NCBI GenBank assembly: GCA_964426185.1
Contig: CAYRPF010000007.1
Coordinates: 17,650 to 40,706 of the forward strand
Length of the DNA stretch: 23,057 nucleotides
Origin: an uncultured archaeon
Lineage (GTDB): Archaea; Asgardarchaeota; Lokiarchaeia; Sigyniarchaeales; Promethearchaeaceae
Direction: 5' to 3'
A program made the translations under genes and the position numbers. Shown piece by piece: positions 15,740-23,057 of this stretch. Within the stretch, counting starts at the first letter, position 1; each line of letters starts with the position of its first letter. The notes below the pieces were generated by a model. The model saw nothing but the letters and a program-made list of their open reading frames with translations, made no database searches and was not told where the DNA came from.

Positions 15740-16987
15740 ATGGATTTTTCGGAAACAGAGAAAGCGCTTTTGAATCATCTTCAAACCTCTTTAGGTCCAT
15801 TTGAAAAATTCGTAGCTAAAATGGATATTGAGGAAGTCCTCCCTCTTGTTCCCGATCGAGCTTATGTCATTGATAAGATTTCTGAACTTCTAAATAACCC
15901 CCAGAATAATGTTATTATTCCCATTATTGGGGAAGTTGGCATGGGTAAAACTCACTTATGCTGGCAAATTAAAAAATCTTTAGATATTCATGCAATTCCA
16001 GTTTTCTTAGAAATTCCAGAAGAAGCTAAATTTTTCTATTATAATTTATATACTGAATTGGTGGAAAATCTTGGAGCCGAGAGATTGCGGGATCTATCCA
16101 TTCAAATATCTGATTTATGGGGTGCACAAGAGAAAAAATATGGGCTCTTTCGTTCCAGTAACGTCGATAGAGTCCTTTCTCGAGCTAAAGAAAGTAAGTT
16201 ATTTAAAATGAGCGAACATCCTTCAGAGCTTGAAGATGTAATGCGCTGTATTATAACTCATGCCATCGATCCAGATAAATCTCATTCCGCAGAACGTTGG
16301 TTATTGGGTGAGGTTATGGATCCTGATGAACTATATTATTTAGGGCTTTCTACTAATCTAAATGCCCCCTTTGTAGCAATGGAGTTATTACAACTGTTAT
16401 TAAAATTTCTTCCCGAGGGTTTACTATTAATAATCGATGATTTGGATGAATCTTGGTCGAGATATAATAATCCATATCATATTGAAGATGACTGGACCAT
16501 GATACCTTTCACTTCAACCATATCAAATAATCAAGGGCTTGAATCTTCCACATCAGAAATTAAAAATGGAGAAAAACAACATTTGGTCAAAATTCCCGAT
16601 TTTTTTCAAGATTTATATCAACTTTTTGCAACTTTTCCCAATATACACTTGGTCTTTACCATTAAACCTGATAACGAAGGAGAAATCATGCAGTATTTTG
16701 AACCATTAATTGAAGAAACGGAAGCAATTAATAGCATTATTTTACCTGCATTCTCGGAAAATGATCTTAAAAATTTCTATAATTCAGCAATTCAAATTTA
16801 CTGCAAATTAAAAGGATTAAATTATAATAAGATTACGCCGCTTTTTCCGTGGAATTCCGAATTCTTTCACCTTATTTATAATAAAACTAGTGGAAATCCA
16901 CGTAAAATCATTCGCAAATTGCAAGATGCGTTTGATTATTACTTATATGATCGTAAGCCTGTGGATAAAATAGTAAATTTAATCTAA
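15740..16987 (+). CDS. P-loop AAA+ ATPase of unknown function
   Basis: Walker A GEVGMGKT, Walker B LLLIIDDLDE, sensor-2-like SGNPRKIIRKL, and a helical insertion containing AERWLLGE. ATG at 15740 (GTG at 15725 is the alternative). Confidence 0.8.
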   Translation: MDFSETEKALLNHLQTSLGPFEKFVAKMDIEEVLPLVPDRAYVIDKISELLNNPQNNVIIPIIGEVGMGKTHLCWQIKKSLDIHAIPVFLEIPEEAKFFYYNLYTELVENLGAERLRDLSIQISDLWGAQEKKYGLFRSSNVDRVLSRAKESKLFKMSEHPSELEDVMRCIITHAIDPDKSHSAERWLLGEVMDPDELYYLGLSTNLNAPFVAMELLQLLLKFLPEGLLLIIDDLDESWSRYNNPYHIEDDWTMIPFTSTISNNQGLESSTSEIKNGEKQHLVKIPDFFQDLYQLFATFPNIHLVFTIKPDNEGEIMQYFEPLIEETEAINSIILPAFSENDLKNFYNSAIQIYCKLKGLNYNKITPLFPWNSEFFHLIYNKTSGNPRKIIRKLQDAFDYYLYDRKPVDKIVNLI

Positions 16988-17013
16988 TTTTTCAAAAAAT
17001 TGAGCGAATAGTG

Positions 17014-17715
17014 ATGATAGATATTAATTTTTCATCGAAAATTTTGAGTAATAACATAAGATTGTTCGTAATGACTTGGGAAATTTATGGTTTTAAATAT
17101 AATGGTTCAAAATACGATTTCTCACCTATTACTCAATTATTAGTTGAACAAATAACTCAGAAATATACTCTGGATACCATTAAATCTCATCCTATTATCC
17201 GAACATTACGACAATTCTATTGGCAAAAACTGCATATTGACCCTACCAAAATTCGACCTTCAAGTGAAGCTCTAGTTCGAAGAGTTCTCCGTAAACATTC
17301 TCTTCCCACCATTTCTCCTTTTGTAGATGCATATAATTGGGCGAGTGCATATAGTTTCATTCCTATGGGAGCTTATGACTTAGAACATATAATTCCTCCT
17401 TTAGAATTGCGTTTATCCGTTGAAGGTGAATCATTTACTCCAATAGGAAAGGCAAAAACCATCTTACCGAATAAAACTTTGGTATTGGTTGATTCCGAGC
17501 AAAAAATCATCTCTCAATTTCCTTATCGCGATTCACAACTCACGAAAATTACACCACACTCACAATCTCTAATTCTTATAGCCTGTGGTGTAGAAAATAT
17601 CCCACAAAAGCAGTTAATTTCAGCATTAGCTAAGACTAAAGAGCACCTGAATTGGTTTGCGCAGCAAGGCTTACTTCAATATAAAGATGGTGGATTTAAT
17701 TTTTTTAAGTCGTAA
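17014..17715 (+). CDS. Stand-alone B3/B4 domain protein (PheRS beta editing-domain homolog; putative trans-editing aminoacyl-tRNA deacylase)
   Basis: IDPTKIRPSSEALVRRVL, LPTISPFVDAYNWAS, PMGAYDL, GESFTPIG, YRDSQLTKIT. Confidence 0.88.
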   Translation: MIDINFSSKILSNNIRLFVMTWEIYGFKYNGSKYDFSPITQLLVEQITQKYTLDTIKSHPIIRTLRQFYWQKLHIDPTKIRPSSEALVRRVLRKHSLPTISPFVDAYNWASAYSFIPMGAYDLEHIIPPLELRLSVEGESFTPIGKAKTILPNKTLVLVDSEQKIISQFPYRDSQLTKITPHSQSLILIACGVENIPQKQLISALAKTKEHLNWFAQQGLLQYKDGGFNFFKS

Positions 17716-17770
17716 GAATTAATTTTTTAAAGGAAAACGTTTTTTATTAGCGTTTTCTTCTCATGCTCAT

Positions 17771-18529
17771 ATGTCGAAGAAGCGATCAGATAAATTCTCA
17801 AAGAATAATGAGAAAGACACATTTAATCAGATTTCTAAGCCTAATTCTAAATCAAATAATCCAAAACCTTCTAAAAAATTAACAGTAAACATCAATGAAA
17901 ATAAATCTGAGAATCTTATTTCTTATAAAGGAATTACAATTCGTGGAGCACATCATTCTGAAAGTTATGATGAATATCTTGAATGTATTTATCGTCTTTC
18001 GTTAAATAACCCCGCAGGTTGGGTTAAAAATGGTCAAATAGCAAAAAAATTAAATGTTAAAGCACCATCTGTTACAAACATGCTCGAAAAACTCTCAAAC
18101 GCCAACTTGGTCGATTGGAAACCTCGTAGCGGAATACGACTAACTGAATTAGGTCGAGAAAGGGCAAAAGAAATCGTGTTGTATCATAGCATTATTGAGA
18201 TTTTTCTTTCCCGTGTTTTAGGGATGACCGATCCAGAGCAAATTAACGAGATAGCATGTGATTTTGAGCATCATATTACTAAAGAATTTAGTGATCATTT
18301 AATTGATTTATTGGGAATTTCTAAAGATTTGAAAAATGTTAATAATTTTATTTTAGAAGACAAATTACCTATGCATATTGAAAGTCGACCGATATATTCA
18401 GAGAAGCAAGTATTTTCTCTTCTTCATGATTTTTATTCAAGATTAAAAGCACGAATAGAGTCTACACCTTTAACCTCTTCCATTTTAAAAGAAGAATATC
18501 AAAATTTTGTTGCAAGCTTACAACACTAA
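17771..18529 (+). CDS. DtxR/MntR-family metal-dependent transcriptional regulator
   Basis: DEYLECIYRL, wHTH IAKKLNVKAPSVTNMLEKL, LTELGRERA, HSIIEIFL, ACDFEHHI metal site. About 60 aa of low-complexity N-terminal extension. Confidence 0.9.
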   Translation: MSKKRSDKFSKNNEKDTFNQISKPNSKSNNPKPSKKLTVNINENKSENLISYKGITIRGAHHSESYDEYLECIYRLSLNNPAGWVKNGQIAKKLNVKAPSVTNMLEKLSNANLVDWKPRSGIRLTELGRERAKEIVLYHSIIEIFLSRVLGMTDPEQINEIACDFEHHITKEFSDHLIDLLGISKDLKNVNNFILEDKLPMHIESRPIYSEKQVFSLLHDFYSRLKARIESTPLTSSILKEEYQNFVASLQH

Positions 18530-18556
18530 CAAGGAAAAGAGAAAAAATAAATGAAA

Positions 18557-19786
18557 TTATGCGGTTAAATAGCGGTATGCATCCAGTAAAGGACTACAAC
18601 CACCGCATCTTATACATCCAGCTTTGTGTTTTAATGGATTAACACCGTATTGCAAGCATTTTTTAGCAGCAAAATCCACTATCTTAAAAAAATCATCTGG
18701 ATGTGTATAATGATCTCCCAAATTCGTTCCAGGAATAATTCGAACTGGTGTGATTAAAGGTACTACACCAATTTTTATCACTTTTTCAAGCTCATGAAGA
18801 AAGCGGTCTAAATCTGGTTCAAATCCCGTAATGATGAAAGAGCTGACTTGATTTTGATCAAAAACATTGATTGCCTCTTTCCAATGATGAAAATAAATCT
18901 CTTTACTTATCTTACTTTTACCAGGGCAAATTTCTTTCCGGATTTCATCATCCAGAATTTCAAGATGTATACCTATAGTATCGGTTCCTGCATTTTTCAA
19001 TCGACGATACCAGCCTATATCTTGCATGGGTTCTATTTGAATATGAATTTGTAAATCTGGAAAGACAGCCTTAAGTTGAGAAACCGTTTTTTCGAAAATT
19101 GCCATTCCCTTATCTTTTGTGGGTTGTGTACCTATGGTAAGGGTGATATGCTTTGCATAATTCGGATTTTCATTTTGAGCAGATTTAATAGCTTCAATTA
19201 ATTGATCCGTGGATTTTTGTTCAATAGTAGCACCCGATTTTAAAGATAGTTCAATACCGCAGAACTTACATTGTTGACCGCCCCGCCAATAACAGCACTT
19301 TTGTTGAATTGTGGAAGCAATAGTCTCATCTCCATGCAGTAATGCAATTTTCTTCAGTAAAATTCCACTAGATGAATTAATAGTATAGTATTCAGGGGTA
19401 GGAATCAGTTTAATAGATGGCCACGGCTCGGAAATTTCAAGTTGTATTTGCTTTTTGTATTCACTTGACGGGGAAGAAATTTTTGGATCAAATTCTAATG
19501 GTTCTTTCCTCTTGACTAGTTGAACTTTCAAATCTTCTGAAATATCAGCTATCTCCCATCTAGAATATGCAGAAGGAGCATGATATAAAGGTGTATTAAC
19601 AATTGATCCATTAATAAATTTGAAATATCTACCACCTGCTGGACCTGCACCTCCTCTTCTTCCAAAATCAAATTTAATACCTTTTGCTCGGATTTTTTCG
19701 ATGGTTTGTTCGGTAATCTGCAATCCGTTGCACAACATCTCTGTTTTCATTTTAAAAATTTCAAGTAAGTCTTCTTTCATAGTCAT
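18557..19786 (-). CDS. Radical SAM protein, MSMEG_0568/NitD-like family
   Basis: RRGGAGP, IALLHG..IASTIQQKCCYW...CKFCGIE (widened Cys motif), IGIHLE, PGK, C-terminal KAGCIRCGGCS. Start is ATG 19786 or 19780. Confidence 0.85.
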   Translation of the reverse strand: MTMKEDLLEIFKMKTEMLCNGLQITEQTIEKIRAKGIKFDFGRRGGAGPAGGRYFKFINGSIVNTPLYHAPSAYSRWEIADISEDLKVQLVKRKEPLEFDPKISSPSSEYKKQIQLEISEPWPSIKLIPTPEYYTINSSSGILLKKIALLHGDETIASTIQQKCCYWRGGQQCKFCGIELSLKSGATIEQKSTDQLIEAIKSAQNENPNYAKHITLTIGTQPTKDKGMAIFEKTVSQLKAVFPDLQIHIQIEPMQDIGWYRRLKNAGTDTIGIHLEILDDEIRKEICPGKSKISKEIYFHHWKEAINVFDQNQVSSFIITGFEPDLDRFLHELEKVIKIGVVPLITPVRIIPGTNLGDHYTHPDDFFKIVDFAAKKCLQYGVNPLKHKAGCIRCGGCSPLLDAYRYLTA

Positions 19787-19800
19787 TAATCTCAAAAGGA

Positions 19801-19860
19801 TTAATTTCCAAAAGTAATTTAGGGTTCTGATTTATTTCAAAAAGTAATTTAGGGTTTGAA
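19801..19860. repeat. Tandem 30-bp imperfect duplication in a divergent intergenic region
   Basis: ttaatttccaaaagtaatttagggttctga / tttatttcaaaaagtaatttagggtttgaa, with an identical 17-bp core aaaagtaatttagggtt at 19810-19826 and 19840-19856. Confidence 0.8.
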
Positions 19861-19882
19861 ATTTTACTAGGAATATCCTCTC

Positions 19883-20707
19883 ATGTCACTTAAAATTCTT
19901 CTCATTTATTTTTCTGGAACTGGTTCTACTGCTGAATTTGCTCTTAATCTGGGAGATTTTATTCAAGAAAAAGGTAATACCGTTGATTACATCCGATTGA
20001 CTCGTAAAGTTATGGAAAAATCAAAAGAAAATTTTGACAAATACGATTTAATTGGTTTTGGATCCCCAGTCTGGTCATGGAGGACCCCTAGAATTATTAC
20101 CAGATATGTTTCCACCCTTAAACTTCCAAAAATACCGTATTTCAACTTTTTTTCCTGTGGAGGTTCCCTTGGAAACGCCCCATGGAGTCTGTATAAAGCA
20201 CTTAGAAATTCTGGTGGTATCTATCTTGGTACAGTAATTGCCACTGGAACCAATAATATTCGAAGTTGGCGCCCTAAATTAGATAAGCCGGGAGATCAAT
20301 TTAATGAACTTAATAGCACAGAAATTCAAACTTCACAAAAATTTATCTCAAGTTTGCTTGAACTATTACATCATCAAGAATTAAAGGAAGGTCCTGCCCC
20401 ACCCAGGATATGGTACTGGTCTTTAGTAAATTCAGTTTTTTCATATCCCTTTGAAATGCGCAAGTTTGTTGGGACTAAAAAAATTAATCAAGAAAAATGC
20501 ACTAAATGTGGTTTGTGTGCAACTCGAATTTGTCCTTCCAATGCAATTTCTATCGGTTCAGATGGATTTCCACAAATAAATGAAAAACTCTGCTATGGAT
20601 GCCATGGATGCATAAATCTCTGTCCTACTTTGGCGATAAATACTAAATTATCTCAATCTCATCATCCATTCACCAACTATGGAAAAAATATACTTAAATC
20701 ATTTTAA
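19883..20707 (+). CDS. EFR1-family flavodoxin-ferredoxin fusion (FMN domain plus 2x[4Fe-4S])
   Basis: IYFSGTGST, IGFGSPVW, and C-terminal CTKCGLCATRICP and CYGCHGCINLCP. Confidence 0.88.
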   Translation: MSLKILLIYFSGTGSTAEFALNLGDFIQEKGNTVDYIRLTRKVMEKSKENFDKYDLIGFGSPVWSWRTPRIITRYVSTLKLPKIPYFNFFSCGGSLGNAPWSLYKALRNSGGIYLGTVIATGTNNIRSWRPKLDKPGDQFNELNSTEIQTSQKFISSLLELLHHQELKEGPAPPRIWYWSLVNSVFSYPFEMRKFVGTKKINQEKCTKCGLCATRICPSNAISIGSDGFPQINEKLCYGCHGCINLCPTLAINTKLSQSHHPFTNYGKNILKSF

Positions 20708-20717
20708 CCTGCTAAGA

Positions 20718-20768
20718 AGAAAGTAAAAATAAAAAGAGAAAAGAGAAAAAAACACTAAGTAATAAAAA
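20718..20768 (-). terminator. Oligo-T terminator region of the uL16 gene
   Basis: Purine/A-rich tract on + (T runs on -) immediately downstream of the uL16 stop. Confidence 0.45.
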
Positions 20769-21356
20769 TTAAACAGTTATGAATTTGCTGATATGAGGAA
20801 GTGGTACTTTAGATATCCAATTCTTATCTTGTGCGTCTAGTAATACAATTCGAGTAGTCGTGCACAATTTTTTATCTGCAATTTGAAATGCTCGTTTAAC
20901 TTCTTCAACATGTTTCAAAGCACAACCGCATTGCATAATCACATCTCCTGCACGAGTTCGAGCACACTTTCCTACTGGTCTTCCAAAACCGTTTCTCATT
21001 CCAGATGATAGCCGGTCGGCTCCAGCGAAAGACATCATTGCATGTTCTCGATAAGTTGTATATGGATGCTTACGTATCTTCAAGTGAAAATTTGCTCGAC
21101 CGATCTTTTTTTGAAGACGACGATTTATTGAAGTACGAACTGCTTCCAGAGCAAAATGACTTATATTAATATTATGGTTAGAAATCATGCCGATTGTGAC
21201 TTCCCAATCAATTTTTTTCCGGTTTCCAATATCAAAAAGAGTAATTTTTGAATCGGCGCCACCTCGAACAAATTCTCGTCGATGTGAACGGCTACGTTTT
21301 TTTTGATAACCTTTGGTTTTGAACACTGAAAAACATTTCCATCTGCGTTTAGCCAT
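20769..21356 (-). CDS. rpl10e: 50S ribosomal protein uL16 (archaeal L10e)
   Basis: REFVRGGADSKI, ALEAVR, FHLKIRKHPY...REHAMMSFAGADRLSSGMRNGFGRPVGKCAR. ATG at 21356. Confidence 0.96.
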   Translation of the reverse strand: MAKRRWKCFSVFKTKGYQKKRSRSHRREFVRGGADSKITLFDIGNRKKIDWEVTIGMISNHNINISHFALEAVRTSINRRLQKKIGRANFHLKIRKHPYTTYREHAMMSFAGADRLSSGMRNGFGRPVGKCARTRAGDVIMQCGCALKHVEEVKRAFQIADKKLCTTTRIVLLDAQDKNWISKVPLPHISKFITV

Positions 21357-21398
21357 TAAAATCACAATTTCAAATATAATTATGAGAGTGAATGAGGC

Positions 21399-21417
21399 AT
21401 ATAATAAAATTTTTTTG
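21399..21417 (-). promoter_or_regulatory. Putative BRE/TATA promoter of rpl10e
   Basis: The minus strand reads caaaaaaa-ttttattatat about 45 bp upstream of the ATG. Confidence 0.35.
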
Positions 21418-21660
21418 AAAATAGGGGGGAAAATTAATATAAAATGGAAAAAATCAAATACTAAGAAGATCGAATGAATATTTTTCTCTGATAATAAGAA
21501 ATGGCCAGTTAAAATATTTCAAATATAGTTTTAAGCGCAAGATAAAAGTCGACAATATTTGTTGATTAAGGAATAAAGTAAATTCATTTTAAATAAATTA
21601 CAAAATTAATTTCACATTCAAGGGAAAACCTCTTTTAGGATGGTTCGCTGAGATTAGTTG

Positions 21661-23052
21661 ATGGGAATTTTAGAAGACTTTCAGTGCTTTTTTGCGCCTA
21701 AATCTATTTTAATCATTGGAACATCACGAAATGAATATACAGCAAATGGTGTGGTGTTGAAAAATCTTTTAGAAGCACGGTATAACGTCCCACTCTTCAT
21801 TTTACATCCATATACCAAAAGAATTATGAATATTCCTACGATTCAATCTTTAGCAGACCTTCAAACGATAACTCCCAAACCTGAATTAGTAATTATCCTT
21901 ACTCGACATAATTTGATTGAAACCCTCGAAGCTCTTGGACAAAATGGAATAAAATATGTTTTACTTCAGACGGACTTAATTTATATTTCGAAAGAAACGG
22001 AATATGAGAAATTAACATTACAAATTCGAGAAATCGCTTCCCAATATAATCTCCGCATCTTGGGACCATCTATGATCGGGATTATTGATTTTTTTTCTGG
22101 ATTTACTTCATCAATCATTCCAATTCGATCTCATATCCTTCAGATGACCCGAAAAAACAAGTGGGAATCAGGTGTAAGTTTTTTTGCTCAAAGTGGTGGA
22201 CTTTCTGGAGCATGTGGATGGTGGAATCTACCCCAACCTGTTCCTTTTGCAAAAGTTTTTCATATAGGCAAGCAAATTTTAATCACAGAAGCAGAAATGC
22301 TGGAATTTTTGTTTAATGACCCCCAAACCCGAGTGATTACCTTATATTTGAAATCCATTTCCGCTGATTTAATAAGGGTAGCCAGAAAATATATGGGAAT
22401 TAAGCCTATTCTCTTTAAATATGTTGGAAAAGATCAAAATAAAGAATATAAATTTCAGCAAGCAGGCGCTTTAGAAGTTGAGAATTATATCGAATTGTTT
22501 GAATATGCCAAAGTTTTGATGTGGTGCCCACCGCCTTCAAATGATAAAGTCGGTATTATAGGTCCTTCTTCTGGAGCCATAAATCTTTTGATTGCAGAAA
22601 TGCGGAGACAAGAAATTCATTTGGCTTTATTACGAAAAGAAAATCGCGATTTCATTCTTTCTCGAATCGGTGGTTCAACTTGTGAGTTGGGAAATCCAGT
22701 TGACTATTGGCCTCCAAAAGAATTTGTGGGAACTCAAGTGTGCCAAGTATATTTTGAAGCCAGTAAATCCCTTCTGCGCGATCCAAATGTAGGAACATTA
22801 TTCTTAGCATTAGAATTCTTTACTGAAATTGAATTTGATTTCGGAATTTTTGAAACGATCCAAAAGAGATTTCCTGAAAAACCAATTATTGCAATATTGA
22901 TACAAGCGGAACATGAAGGAGCTCAGCGAATTATTCAAATAGGTAATGAATTGCATATTCCTGTATTTATTAATGAAGTAGAAAGGGGTGTGCGAGCCTT
23001 AAAAATTTTGTGGAAGTATTATAATAAAATACATCGTTCCACTCAAGAATGA
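21661..23052 (+). CDS. Acyl-CoA synthetase (NDP-forming) alpha-subunit-like CoA-binding protein, divergent and apparently lacking the catalytic His loop
   Basis: FFAPKSILIIGTS, LRILGPSMIG, FFAQSGGL, EMLEFLFNDPQTRVITLYL, FQQAGA, GNPVD, LLRDPNV. No SHTG motif. Confidence 0.82.
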   Translation: MGILEDFQCFFAPKSILIIGTSRNEYTANGVVLKNLLEARYNVPLFILHPYTKRIMNIPTIQSLADLQTITPKPELVIILTRHNLIETLEALGQNGIKYVLLQTDLIYISKETEYEKLTLQIREIASQYNLRILGPSMIGIIDFFSGFTSSIIPIRSHILQMTRKNKWESGVSFFAQSGGLSGACGWWNLPQPVPFAKVFHIGKQILITEAEMLEFLFNDPQTRVITLYLKSISADLIRVARKYMGIKPILFKYVGKDQNKEYKFQQAGALEVENYIELFEYAKVLMWCPPPSNDKVGIIGPSSGAINLLIAEMRRQEIHLALLRKENRDFILSRIGGSTCELGNPVDYWPPKEFVGTQVCQVYFEASKSLLRDPNVGTLFLALEFFTEIEFDFGIFETIQKRFPEKPIIAILIQAEHEGAQRIIQIGNELHIPVFINEVERGVRALKILWKYYNKIHRSTQE

Positions 23053-23057
23053 AATAT

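Noticed and set aside
15740-16987. BREX defence system or Cdc6/Orc1 origin locus
   Set aside because: No pglX/pglZ/brxC neighbours, no C-terminal winged-helix domain and no ORB-like repeats seen.
19818-19854. TTTAGGG telomere-like repeats
   Set aside because: Only two separated heptamers within a 30-bp duplication; coincidental.
371-22792. The remaining 60-110 aa ORFs in the track (e.g. 371-559, 2318-2563, 6701-7024, 7163-7435, 13443-13715, 22592-22792)
   Set aside because: All lie antisense or out of frame within well-supported genes and show no recognisable motifs.

Overview
AT-rich, gene-dense archaeal chromosomal window, most likely from an Asgard (Lokiarchaeia-like) genome. The basis for that assignment is the archaeal/eukaryotic-type ribosomal protein uL16 (L10e) and a large surface protein ending in an IPGF-TM-basic sorting tail; it is an inference, not a database result. 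Fifteen CDSs are supported: an Ig-repeat surface glycoprotein, two radical SAM enzymes, a small membrane protein, TrmO/TsaA, a PLP alpha-oxoamine synthase, a Dna2-like nuclease-helicase, a type IA topoisomerase, a 2TM-RCK channel, a hypothetical protein, an AAA+ ATPase, a stand-alone B3/B4 editing domain, a DtxR-family regulator, an EFR1-type flavodoxin-ferredoxin, uL16 and an ACD-alpha-like protein. No rRNA, tRNA, CRISPR array or mobile element was seen. Best leads: (1) a complete Dna2-type Fe-S nuclease-helicase only 19 bp upstream of a Top3-type topoisomerase with a TOP3B-like Zn tail, a possible prokaryotic Dna2-Top3 module; (2) an alpha-oxoamine synthase with serine palmitoyltransferase (SPT) signatures, raising the possibility of sphingoid-base synthesis in an archaeon; (3) a K+-channel-fold protein with a rewritten filter (NTGSGL) behind a duplicated palindromic operator; (4) an ACD-alpha homolog lacking its phospho-His loop; (5) a possible tandem Sm-like protein. 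All family comparisons are from recalled motifs, not from searches.
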